NCBI GenBank assembly: GCA_016196625.1
Contig: JACPXH010000007.1
Span: 150,461 to 214,460, forward strand
Origin: Candidatus Parcubacteria bacterium
GTDB taxonomy: Bacteria > Patescibacteriota > Minisyncoccia > JACPXH01
Reading direction: 5' to 3'
DNA: 64,000 bases
Under the pieces are notes generated by a model. That model saw nothing but the letters and a program-made list of their open reading frames with translations. It made no database searches and was not told the origin of the DNA. This document shows positions 29,266 through 43,900 of this stretch, piece after piece. The translations under genes and the position numbers were made by a program. Position 1 is the stretch's first letter. Each line of letters opens with the position of its first letter.

Positions 29266-29661
29266 ATGAACGGAGACGATCTCAAGAAAATCAAGCGAGC
29301 GGTTGGGGAAGTGGTCGAGCCGTACTTTACGGCTATTCAGGCCGACTTCAACCGGATAGACGAGCGATTTGATCGGCTTACGGATGACGTCAAAGATATT
29401 CAGGTTCGGCTGGCTTCCCTGGAGCGGCGAGTTATAGCCATTGAAGATATTCTCACCGAGCACGGTCAACTTCTGCGCAGCCACGATCAACTTCTCAAGA
29501 GCTACGATCGACTTCTGAAAAGTCACGATCGCGAGCTCAAGGCGATTAAAAAAGTGCTCATCGAGATTAAACACAATCAAGACAAGGACCACGGTCGCCT
29601 TGCCGAGCTAGAACATCGGGTGTTCCGTCTTGAGACAAAGGTTTACGGAAGGGTTTCTTAA
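29266..29661 (+). CDS. Coiled-coil hypothetical protein with heptad repeats
   Basis: HGQLLRS/HDQLLKS/YDRLLKS/HDRELKA encoded by 21-bp tandem units at 29461-29544. Confidence 0.7.
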   Translation: MNGDDLKKIKRAVGEVVEPYFTAIQADFNRIDERFDRLTDDVKDIQVRLASLERRVIAIEDILTEHGQLLRSHDQLLKSYDRLLKSHDRELKAIKKVLIEIKHNQDKDHGRLAELEHRVFRLETKVYGRVS

Positions 29662-29713
29662 GTATTTTCTTCTTTTTGCATTTTACATAGTCATTTTGAA
29701 TTTTTCATTTATT

Positions 29714-31798
29714 ATGTCCCATCCCGATCTCATCCAATACATCCGCGACATGGTGCGGGAGGGGAGGAGTTGGTCCGAGGTAAAAGACGCGTTGGTCAAA
29801 GAAGGCTGGGCGGACGAGGATATCCGGCACGGCTTGGCCGAATACGCAACGCAGGAAGCGTTTGAGCTGCGCAAAGACGTTTCGAATATCAAATCCGAGT
29901 TCAAGGATCTCGTGCGCGAGTTGAAGCAGAGTATTACTGAAGAACTGCGCGAGCAAGGAGCGTCCGGCGGCGCGGGCGCCGCGGCGCCCGCGCCGCCTCC
30001 GTACCAAACCGTTCCTTCTGGCGCCACCCGGGAGGCGCCCGCACCGCCCCCCTATAGGGGCGAATCCTCGGGCTCCCAGCCGTACCGACCGTCCGCACTA
30101 AAAGCGGAAACCCAGAAACCCTTTGCTTCCCGCGACCTTGAAGCGCGCATCGGCGGCCAGTGGTTTGCGCGCATCGGCATCGTGGCCATGCTCATCGGGT
30201 TTGCCACGTTCTTCGCCTACGCGGTCAACCAAGGGTGGATCAACGAGCCGATGCGCGTGGTGATCGGCGTGGCTTGCGGCGCACTGGCTTTGGTTCTCGG
30301 CGAGATGTGGCGCGAGCGCTACCCCACCTACAGCCAGATTCTCACCGGCGGCGGACTTGCGCTTGAGTATTTCTCTTTTTACGCCGCGTTCAGTTTCTAC
30401 GGCCTCATTCCGTTTCCGGTGGCGTTTCTGATTTTTACGGCGATTACGGCTTCAGGCGGATGGCTGGCGCTACGGGCAAATGCGGTCGGGGTCGCCATCA
30501 TTGCTATTTTGGGCGGATTTTCAACTCCGATTTTCCTTGGCTGGGATAAAAACCAAATCGGCTTATACTTCACGTACTTTGCAATTCTTGATTTGGGGGT
30601 GCTGGGGCTGGCCGCGCTGCGGCCATGGCGGGCACTCAACCTGTTGAGTTTCATTGCCACGCTTGTCTGGATGCTCAGTTGGTACGGCGGGTTTTATGCA
30701 AGCGCGGATCTGCCGCTGTTTATGGCGTTTCTCACGCTTTTCTTTGTAATTTTCACCTTAGCAGGTATTGCCCATCATGTTATCCGGCGCGAGCGCGAAG
30801 AAGGATTTGATCTGGCCTTGCTTTTGCTTTCGGCCGCGTTTTACTTCCTCCTCGGGCATACGGTCTTAAAGCCGGAGTTTGGCGACTTCCTCGGTCTTTT
30901 TGCCGCGGGACTCGCAGGGCTGTATCTGTTTCTCGCGCTGCTTGTGCGCTCGATACATCCTAAAGGAAGCAAGGTTACGTGGACGCTCGTTGCGCTCGCC
31001 ATTGCCTTCCTCACGATTGCAGTCCCGCTGCAATTTGACGGCCGTCCCATTACGCTCGCGTGGGCAGCCGAGGCGGCGGTATTGGTGTTTGCAGGTTTTC
31101 AGGTGGCGAGTTCACGGCTGCGGATCGCAGGGGTGATTTTACTTACGCTCGTCGCGCTGCGGCTGTTTGCCACTGAATACGAAATCGATCTGCAAAATTT
31201 CGTGCCGGTGGCGAACGGCCGCTTCCTCACGTACGCCTTCGCCATTGCGGCAATGTTTGCCGTTGCCTGGCGCTACAAAGTAGCGTGGGCGACAGTGGAC
31301 AAGCAGGAACGGTTCCTTGTGCCTACGCTGGCGCTCGCGGCAAATTTCTTTGCGCTTTACATTTTGAGTGCCGAGGCGATTGCGTATTTCGATAGCGAGA
31401 TTATTCGTTCACATTCACCTTCCCTGTGCACCACGGGCATCCCCCCATACTGTTTATCAACTGCGAAAGCTGATGCGGTTGGCATCCAGAGCGCGAAGAA
31501 CCTCTCGCTCTCCGTCATCTGGGGCTTGTATTCAATCGGCATGCTCGTCTCCGGCATCATCCGGCGGTTCCAGCCGGTGCGGTTGGCAGCGATCGCTCTG
31601 TTCTGGGTTACGATTTTCAAGGTGTTCTTATATAATTCATCGAATCTTGAGACGCCGTACCGCATCGTTGCCTTCATCGGCCTCGGGGCCTTGCTTTTGG
31701 TAACCGCATACTTCTACAATCGCTACAAGGATCGCATCAACGAGTTTATCTTGCACAGGGATTATGCCGGAGTAACCCCATCCGCGTCCTCCCCTTGA
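29714..31798 (+). CDS. DUF2339-like multi-pass membrane protein
   Basis: LEARIGGQWFARIG, GGFSTP, many TM helices, C-terminal YRIVAFIGLGALLL. Confidence 0.82.
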   Translation: MSHPDLIQYIRDMVREGRSWSEVKDALVKEGWADEDIRHGLAEYATQEAFELRKDVSNIKSEFKDLVRELKQSITEELREQGASGGAGAAAPAPPPYQTVPSGATREAPAPPPYRGESSGSQPYRPSALKAETQKPFASRDLEARIGGQWFARIGIVAMLIGFATFFAYAVNQGWINEPMRVVIGVACGALALVLGEMWRERYPTYSQILTGGGLALEYFSFYAAFSFYGLIPFPVAFLIFTAITASGGWLALRANAVGVAIIAILGGFSTPIFLGWDKNQIGLYFTYFAILDLGVLGLAALRPWRALNLLSFIATLVWMLSWYGGFYASADLPLFMAFLTLFFVIFTLAGIAHHVIRREREEGFDLALLLLSAAFYFLLGHTVLKPEFGDFLGLFAAGLAGLYLFLALLVRSIHPKGSKVTWTLVALAIAFLTIAVPLQFDGRPITLAWAAEAAVLVFAGFQVASSRLRIAGVILLTLVALRLFATEYEIDLQNFVPVANGRFLTYAFAIAAMFAVAWRYKVAWATVDKQERFLVPTLALAANFFALYILSAEAIAYFDSEIIRSHSPSLCTTGIPPYCLSTAKADAVGIQSAKNLSLSVIWGLYSIGMLVSGIIRRFQPVRLAAIALFWVTIFKVFLYNSSNLETPYRIVAFIGLGALLLVTAYFYNRYKDRINEFILHRDYAGVTPSASSP

Positions 31799-31824
31799 AA
31801 AGTGGAGGGGTCGAGCAAGCCTTT

Positions 31825-32298
31825 ATGTCGCCAAGCAAAGCCCGAGAGACATTTCTGTATTTGCTTATGTTTGTCTCGCTCGCCATAACAGCAATGGCGG
31901 TGGGCGGGGCGTATTTCAATGTTATTGATGCCTATATTCAAGATCCGCTTGACTACGCGGGGCCGTACCGGTTTGAGTCGTTGCGCTGGCAGCTCTCCGC
32001 CATTATCGTGGCTTCCCCCGTGTTTTTATTTGTGACGCGAGCGGTCAGGCGTCTCGTGGCGCGCGAACCGGACCTGCGCCGGTCGGGCATTCGCAAGTGG
32101 ATTACGTATTTGGCGCTCTTCATTGCCGCAGCCGTCATACTGGGAGATTTAATTAACGTGCTCGCGAAGTTTTTCGGGGGAGAGCTCACGCCGCGGTTTA
32201 TATGGAAGTCAATTACCGTGCTCATGGTTTCGGGTTTGGTGTTTGGGTACTACTTTCTTGAAATGCGTCAGGATGATCCTGTAACCTCTAGCGTATAG
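31825..32298 (+). CDS. DUF5671-like membrane protein
   Basis: FLYLLMFVSL, RKWITYLALFIAA..ILGDL, GELTPRF. Confidence 0.7.
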   Translation: MSPSKARETFLYLLMFVSLAITAMAVGGAYFNVIDAYIQDPLDYAGPYRFESLRWQLSAIIVASPVFLFVTRAVRRLVAREPDLRRSGIRKWITYLALFIAAAVILGDLINVLAKFFGGELTPRFIWKSITVLMVSGLVFGYYFLEMRQDDPVTSSV

Positions 32299-32371
32299 CT
32301 GTTGGTTTTTAGGTTTCGGTCAGGCAGAGTGGAAACTAAAAGCTAGAAGCCAAAAGCTAACAACTCGCCCC

Positions 32372-32848
32372 ATGGCTCCCTACCAACGTTTAATCTCGTG
32401 GACTGGCGCGGCGCTCGTGCTTGGCGCGCTTGGGCTCGGCTTTGTCGTGGCCGGCTCGCCCCAGCGGGCGCGCGACTTCCGGGCGGATGAGGAACGCCTC
32501 CAAAACCTCCAGCAGATTGTGAGCAGCATCCAGAGCTACTACGATGACAAAGGCTCTCTGCCCGCCACACTTGAGACATTGCTGGCGGCTGGTCGGCTCT
32601 TTGGGGGAGAGGCGGTCCGGCATGACCCCATTACCAAAGAAGCATACGACTACCGGATAGCAGGGGCGAAGACTTTTGAGCTGTGCGCTACGTTTGTCCT
32701 GTCGTCTAAAGATGGCCGGGGAAGGGAGCTGCGGGCTATTCCCGTGGGGCCCGGGAAAACAGGTTTTGTGAACTGGGATCATCCAGCCGGCCGCCACTGT
32801 TTCTCGATCGAAGTGTCTGAATCTGGCAAACCGAACCGTGAGCAGTGA
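32372..32848 (+). CDS. Pilin/pseudopilin-like membrane-anchored protein
   Basis: N-terminal TM, D.ERL..L..I...IQSYY, LPATLE.L, DPIT..YDY, FELCATF. Confidence 0.65.
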   Translation: MAPYQRLISWTGAALVLGALGLGFVVAGSPQRARDFRADEERLQNLQQIVSSIQSYYDDKGSLPATLETLLAAGRLFGGEAVRHDPITKEAYDYRIAGAKTFELCATFVLSSKDGRGRELRAIPVGPGKTGFVNWDHPAGRHCFSIEVSESGKPNREQ

Positions 32849-32885
32849 GTGCGTTCTTTGACCTTTGCATCGAGGAGGGATCGCT

Positions 32886-33074
32886 ATGGCGAAGGATACG
32901 TGGGGGGCGTGGGGTCGGCCCGCTGTCGTTCAGGCGGCGTCAAACTCCGCCGCTAATCCGAGCCGACTCACCGCCAGACCTTGGTTCATTTTCAGTGTCG
33001 TGATTGGCGTAATCCTGTATGTCGGGGGTTGCAGCATCGGCCTTTTCTTGGCCATTCGAGCAGCCCAAGGTTAG
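32886..33074 (+). CDS. Small membrane protein
   Basis: GAGGAGG RBS, one TM segment, downstream terminator at ~33150-33182. Confidence 0.45.
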   Translation: MAKDTWGAWGRPAVVQAASNSAANPSRLTARPWFIFSVVIGVILYVGGCSIGLFLAIRAAQG

Positions 33075-33189
33075 GCAGCGTTCCCCCGACAGTTTATGAG
33101 GCCGCGAGTCATCAGGCTCGCGGCTTTCCCGTTTTGGCTTGCCAGCGGCGAACCGCATGCCCTCGGGCAGCGGTTCTTTTTTACACCTC

Positions 33190-33217
33190 TTGACACGTCC
33201 GTTTGCATCCCTACAAT
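33190..33217 (+). promoter_or_regulatory. Sigma70 promoter of groES-groEL
   Basis: TTGACA-N16-TACAAT. Confidence 0.7.
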
Positions 33218-33226
33218 AGGGGGGTG

Positions 33227-33253
33227 CTGGCACTCTGTCAGTCGGAGTGCTAC
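33227..33253 (+). promoter_or_regulatory. CIRCE element (HrcA operator)
   Basis: CTGGCACTC-N9-GAGTGCTAC versus consensus TTAGCACTC-N9-GAGTGCTAA, upstream of groES. Confidence 0.85.
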
Positions 33254-33328
33254 CTAGTCTTAGGGCAGACCTAGACCCAGCATCAACAACTGCGAACTGC
33301 AACTAATAACTTTTAACCAAGAACCGTT

Positions 33329-33625
33329 ATGTCCGTCAAACTCAAACCGTTGGGAGACCGGGTCGTGATTGAACCCATTACGCCCGAAGAGAAGACGAAA
33401 TCTGGTATCGTGCTGCCTGCCACGGCCGACAAAGAGCGGCCCGAGCAGGGCAAGATTATTGCCGTGGGTCCGGGTCGCATGACCGACGAAGGCAAACTCA
33501 TCCCGTGTCGCGTCAAGAAAGGCGATCGGGTGCTGTTTACCAAATATGGTCCCAACGAAGTCAAAGTGGACCGCAAAGAGTATCTGATTGCGAAAGAAGA
33601 GGATATTCTTGCAATCTTGGAGTAA
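33329..33625 (+). CDS. groES: Co-chaperonin GroES
   Basis: LKPLGDRVVI, KTKSGIVLP, AVGPG, EEDILAIL. Confidence 0.98.
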   Translation: MSVKLKPLGDRVVIEPITPEEKTKSGIVLPATADKERPEQGKIIAVGPGRMTDEGKLIPCRVKKGDRVLFTKYGPNEVKVDRKEYLIAKEEDILAILE

Positions 33626-33633
33626 AAGGTTGG

Positions 33634-33734
33634 AAGTTCAAAGCCCAAATGACAAATCAAGCTCAAAACCCAAAACGCTTTGAACTTTAAGCTTTGGATT
33701 TGATTTGAAATTTGGATTTTGTCATTTGTCATTT
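33634..33734. repeat. AT-rich heptamer inverted repeat between groES and groEL
   Basis: Starts AAGTTCAAA like the 9406 and 9856 copies; right arm TTTGGATTTGATTTGAA. Confidence 0.8.
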
Positions 33735-33736
33735 AA

Positions 33737-35386
<1,650 letters not shown>

Positions 35387-35404
35387 AGGTAAAACAGAGG
35401 AGAA

Positions 35405-35443
35405 AAAAGCTGCCGGACATCATCCGGCAGCTTTTGTTTTTTT
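35405..35443 (+). terminator. groEL terminator
   Basis: AAAAGCTGCCGGA..TCCGGCAGCTTTTGTTTTTT. Confidence 0.85.
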
Positions 35444-35669
35444 GAAAACTTGAAACTTTTCTGAAAGTGGGTTTCTGTAAACAGACAGGGATAAGCCATG
35501 TGTGAAATGAAAAACATCCTGTTGATAACTAAACTATTTTTGCACTCTTGCGGACGCGATAAATAGTGTAAAATTAGGAGTAGCGGTGTGCGCGAGTAAT
35601 ACATTTTGGCCGCCTCGTAAATTTTATCCGCCTTCGCAGAAAACCGTGGGCGTAAGCCCGCGGAACTTC

Positions 35670-37832
<2,163 letters not shown>

Positions 37833-37914
37833 ATTGGCAGTGTGTCAGGGTCAAATTCAAAGAGTACTTAATCGTTCCTGAAGGGCTACCGAAGTTTTGG
37901 TTTTCGATCTTCAT

Positions 37915-40900
37915 ATGATCCGTATCAAGCGTCCCCCCAAGGGGAAAAAGCGCGACTCGCTCACCAAGCGTCTCTTTGCCGCAGGTGCTGCAGGGGTAAC
38001 CATGTTTACCGGCGGCGTCCTTGGAGTGCGTGCGGCCGGAACAGTCAAGCCGCCCTTCGCGCAGGTGCGGCTGCGCACGGATCGCGTTTCGGGTGCAGGG
38101 CGGACGCCGGGTGAGGCTGGCGCGGGTACGAAAATTTCTACAGAGGAGGAAGCGCGCATCAAGGCTGAAACCGGTCGCTTCTTGGGCGAACTGCGCAAAG
38201 TAGCAGGGGAGACTGACAGCCAGAGTTTCTTTGCCCGGGTGCTGAACATCTCTCCGGCCGAAGCCGGGTCAGACCTCAATGCTGCGATTCAGGATTTGTA
38301 TAACTCCGGCAATTTGACCCAGGCCGTGCAGAGCGTGCTGGCCAGCGGAGCATATACCCCCGATCAGGCAGCTGCCGCCCTTCGAGAAGCTGAAACAGCG
38401 GGCGTCATCCCTGCGGGAACGACGCTTGATATCGCCGTCAACCTCGGCGCAACGCCCGAGCAGGCGGCTGCGTACGCCCAGCCCTCCTACGTGCCATCAT
38501 CTGAGGCGGATGTCTACGTTCCGCCGCCTGCAGCTGCGGTGCTTCCCGCAGCACCCGTTGCCCCGATTATCCCGCCGCCGGCTGTGGAGTCCGGACCGCC
38601 GGTTTTACCGTCCGTGCCCGCCGCGGCGCGGACCCCCGAAGTGCCACCGCTTCCACCGCCGGTCATCCGCATTGATGAAGAGAGAGGCATCGGGCATGTG
38701 GCCATGCCCGCGGCGCCGGTCGTGCCGGTTGCCCGCGAGGAGCCGACCCCGACGCCTGAACGTACGGTGCAAACCGAAGGCGGGACGTTTATCGTGACGC
38801 CAGGAGGCGCGGTGTTAGATGCAAACCGGAATCCAACCCCCTACTCCGTTGATGCAGGCGGACAAGTGAGTTATCAGGGCACGCCGGTTGGTCGGCTCGA
38901 ATTCCAGCAGCCCGGTATTGAGGAGATGCCTCGAGAAGTCTTTATCCCTACTCCACCACCAGCGCCACCGGTCCAAGCTCCAGGACCCGTCATTATCGTC
39001 CCGCCGGGCGAAAGCATAGTCGTCCCGGAGGGCGAGAGCAGATTTGTGTTAACGCCGGACATCAAGCAGGCTATCCAGGACATCTACCAGAACGAGGGCC
39101 TTGATTCACTCACCAAAGCAGTGGGCGTTCAGATCAACAAGGGCGTGGTGAGTCCGGCCGATGCGGCCCAAGCGCTGCAAGCTGCTGGCATTCCTGTTGC
39201 AGACATTGCCTACATTGCCCGAAACCTCGGGGCCACGCCCGAGCAGATCGCGGCGCTGGTGCCGTCAGCTCCGCCTCCGCCAGCTAAACTGGAAGAGCCG
39301 ACGCTTCCTCCGCCGTCCGCTGCCCCGCTTCCCAGAGGCGCCGAACCCTCCGCACCGCCGGTAGAGATCGGCCCGCCCGTCTGGCAGATTACCCATCCCA
39401 CAGTCCCGGGCCTCACTGTTGACGTTGACGCCGATGGCAACTTCCGTCTGCCTGTTGATTCTGGACTGGGCGAGTTCTCGGGCGCCTTCGGCCAAGTGAA
39501 TAAAGGTACGCTCACCTATACAGTGCGTAGCACCAGCGGCACCGAACAAAGTGGTGATCTGCGGGCTGAAGGTTGGCTCATTGCCGCCGTGACTCCCGCC
39601 TCGCCGGCCAAGCCAGCTGCGCCAGCTCCGGCCCTTCCAACCCCTGCCCCAGTCTTTACCCTCCACATTGGGGATAAAACTTTTCAGATCGACCCCGAGA
39701 CCTTAATCGTCACCAAACCAGAAAGCGACCCTAATCAGTACGTGCTCTATCCAGCTGGTACACCTGGTCAGTACATCATTACAGTGAATGGAGTCTCTAC
39801 CTTTCGGTTAGACACCGCCACCGGCAACCTCACCCAGTTCACTCCCGCTGGCGAGACCAAACCCATTGGGCGTTTTACGCCGGGTGGCGCCGCTGGTCCT
39901 GGTAATACTTTTACGTTTACCCCGAATCCCCCTGCCACTACCACCCCGACATCAACCTCGCCTGTATCATTTCCCGGCGCAACGCCAACGACGACCGTTC
40001 CCGTCATACCCAGACCAGTTCCCCCGGGCGTGATCGGACCCAGTCAACCGCACGAGCTATGGACGAACGTCGTCATTGATAACCAGCGCTATAACCTCTA
40101 TCAAGACGGTGCCGTCAATGCCGTTGATGCGGCGGGCGGAGAAGTCGCGACGCCGTATGTCATTCACTACAACGAAAACGCTCAGAAGTATGAACTCTGG
40201 CGTGCTGCCAATCACGGTGAAACGGTATTTGCGATTCTCAACCCGAGCGGTCAGCTCGAGCAAACTTTCCATCTTTTTTTCAGCCCGGGTCCCTTCGGTA
40301 CCACCCTTCGGGTCAACGATCGTCCCTACCGGATCAATGCGGATGGCACGGTGCTGAATCCGCCCGGCGACACTCAGCGGTACTTTATGGATGTACGCGG
40401 GAACATCCATCTGAACGATCAATACGGTCCCTTCCTCTACCTTATTCTTGTGGACGGTACCGTCCGCGATGCTCAACATCGAACGGTTGGACGAGTAGAA
40501 CCCAGCGGTACTTTTGTTCCGACACCGGGATCGGTTGGCGCGCCTGTACCGGCCCTTCCAACCCCTGCCCCAGTCTTTACCCTCCACATTGGGGATAAAA
40601 CTTTTCAGATCGACCCCGAGACCTTAATCGTCACCAAACCAGAAAGCGACCCTAATCAATATATGCTGTATCCAGCCGGCACACCTGGTCAGTACATCAT
40701 TACAGTGAATGGGGTCTCTACCTTTCGGTTAGACACCACCAACGGCAACCTCACCCAGTTCACCCCAGCTGGTGAGACCAAACCCATTGGGCGCTTCACG
40801 CCCGATGGCGCCGTGGGTCCGGGCACTACTTTCACGTTTACCCCGAGCCCCGTCGCTACCACCACGCCAACGTCGACCGCGCCGATCTCTCCTGCGTCCA

Positions 40901-43900
40901 CTCCCGCGCAGCCAGCTGCCGGGCCTGCCACCGTTCCCCCGGCTGCAGAAGCCGCACCTTCAGTTCCTGCCGCTACCCCCGCTCTCCCCGAGGTGCGCGT
41001 GCGTATCAACGACGCGATCTACCGGATCATGCCCGACGGCACGGTGGTGAGCCCGCCGTCTGACCCGAACACCTACTCGGTGACCCGCAACCCTGACGGC
41101 ACCGCTGCGATCAGCCGCGAAGGGCAGGTGATGTATACGGTCAACGCCCAAGGCGAAGTCCGCACTCCCGACAACCAGACAGTGGGCCAGTTTGATGTGC
41201 CCAAGGCTGAAGTCGTAACCGACTACACCGCCGGCCGAGTTGACTACTACCTGCGTAAAGCCGAGAAAGTCGGCCAAACTGATGCCGCTACGATTCGGGA
41301 GCTCGCGGACAGTGGCGTCAGTCCCACCGTGATTGCGGAGCGTGCTCTTAAAGAGTGGGGCGGAGATGCGCGGCGGGTCGCGGTGGCGGCAGCGGAAGCC
41401 GGTGCTGCGCCTCACCTGATTGCCGAGGTTTTGAAAACGAAAGAATTGAAGGTGCAAAATCCAGACGGCACGAGTCGAACCGTGGACGCTTTTACCTTGG
41501 CTTTGGAGCAAGCAGTGGGGCAGGTAGCCGCGGTGCCGGAATCAAACCAAAGGCTGCAGGGGATGGGTTCGATTGCCGATTTTCTGCGCCGCGCTGGCAT
41601 CTCGGCCCAAGAAGCCAGAGATCGGCTCAAGGCCGCTGGTTTCACTGACGATCCCACGTCCATCCTGAGCGCTGTTGGTTACAGCGCCGAGGGGCTGGCC
41701 ACCACCTTCCCCGTAACTCCGACCCAAATTCGGGCCGTCAATGTGGACGGCACGTGGCTCGCGCTCTCGCCCGATGGGACGGTCTACATTCCGCAGGCTG
41801 GCAGCGCGGCTGAGCTCAAAGTGATTGACGGTGAGACCCGGATCCTGTTCAAGGACCGCACCGGGCGCATCGTACCGCTCCCCATAGCCCGGATCGAGCA
41901 GGTTTCAGACGTAGACCTCCTGCGTTTGGCGCAAGCCAAGTTTCAGGCCCAGGGGTTGACCCGGCCTCAAGCCAATGAGCGGATTTTTCCCCTGGCGGTT
42001 GCTGCCGGTTGGAGCGATCCCGGCCGGGTTATTCGGGCTGCGCTGGAAGCCGGCTTTTCTCCGACAGACATTGTGAGCGGGCTGGCCAGCATTGACAGCG
42101 CTCGCCGCGAGAACAATCAAGAGAGCCATTATCTGGAAGAGGGGATCATGGCGGCGCTCGATGCCGCGCGAAGTCCTGAAGCGCGGCAGGCGACTGCGGA
42201 TACGATCATCGCGGCCCTGCGCGAATCCGACCTCGGTCGCGAGCGGCTCGATGAGCTTATCCAGTACCTCGCCCCGCGGCTCAACGTGCCGGAAAGTCAG
42301 CTTCGCGAGCAGTTGGGGGTTAATCAGCCTTTGTATAAAGCGGCGTTTCGTCTCGAACTGGACCTACCTCGTTATCTTCCAGAATCGCTGCGGCAATCCC
42401 AGAAGGTATTCACTGGAAGATCGCTTCGGGTTATAAGTCAAGTCCCCATACACGAATACGCCGCCACGTTGACTTCGGTTTCCACTGGTCAGCAAACAGC
42501 GCCTGCTGTTACGCGCAAAAGTTCGCACGTCATTAAAATCGCCATTCCGGCAGAACTCAGGGCTGATCAATATCAGCTTACCATTACAATTGATGGTCAG
42601 GCGCAAACATTTCCCATAGAAGTGGAGCGCCCACTCCAAAAGGCCCAAGCGCCCGTGGAGGTTGTGCCCTTGACGTCAGTCGAACAGGCTGCGATTGCGT
42701 TCAGGACCACTCTGTGCACGAATTGCGCATCTGAAGGAGTGTTTAGCGGAGATCCCAATGACGCGAATAAACTCATTCATATCAGCAATACCAGAGATTT
42801 GGTGCGATCAACTGACGGCGGTAGGTCTTGGCACGCGTTGTCGATCGATAACGCCGCACAGTATCCGCGCGCCCAGGTCTTATATGTTGGCGATCCCAAA
42901 GTAGTGAGTTTACCCGATGGTTCATTTATAATCACCAGCCTCGGTAGCGATCATAATAAGAATTTTACTTTAGGCGGATTGATATACCGAGGCACCTACA
43001 CGGGCGGGCTTAACGCCACCTTTTTTCAAGACATCCCTTCAAATTTGCCGGCGAACCAAGATATCGTTGTGGATAGACCAATTTTGGCAGTCGATCAGAG
43101 AAACTCTGCCGTATATATTGCCGTCAATGGCGCCTGGTTTGGCGAAAGAGGAGAATCCGACTTCGAACATGCAATCTACTTCTCTCAGGACGGCGGTCAA
43201 ACATTTAAGAAGGGCAGGATCGGTCATGGACTCGCAATCCACTCGATGACAGTTGGTGCCGACGGGACGCTCTACGCCGCTCGTCTCGGCGAGCCGCATG
43301 AACTGTTCCGCTTTTCTTCTCTCGACCCGGTGCGGTATGAAGTGCTACCGTTACCGGGCCGTCATCAGACCTGGGAGGGTTCGGTAAGAATATCGACCAC
43401 CAGCCGACGTGCCTGGGTTGGCTACGAAGGTCCGGAAGTCATCGCCGATACTAGCCCAACAAGTCCTCATCAAGGGCGGTTGTATGCGGTGTGGTCGCAG
43501 TCCGAGCGGGTCGTTGATGATCAAAACTTTGAGTATAAGCACTATGGGTTTAACCATGACGTATTTGTCAGTTATTCCGACGATCGAGGCGTTAGTTGGT
43601 CTCCGCCAGCGAAGGTGAACGACGATATCGGATCCGGCGATCAAGTATTCCCGTCAGCCCGACTTGACACGAACGGTGCTCTTCACGTTGCCTTCTTCGA
43701 TCACCGGAATAATCAGAGTGACGCAGTGTTCGACGTGTACTATGCGAAGTCCACCGACGGTGTGAATTTTTCCAAGAATCTTAGGTTAAACGAGGAGCCG
43801 ATCCCAAACGAGTATGGCGGACGGTTCCTTGGCGACTACATAGATATGGTCATGCCATATCCGGATCGTGTCTATGTCGCATATCCAGACGCGCCACTGT

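Noticed and set aside
39628-40844. DGR template/variable repeat pair
   Set aside because: Differences are mostly synonymous and not adenine-specific, both copies are in one ORF, and there is no reverse transcriptase in the window
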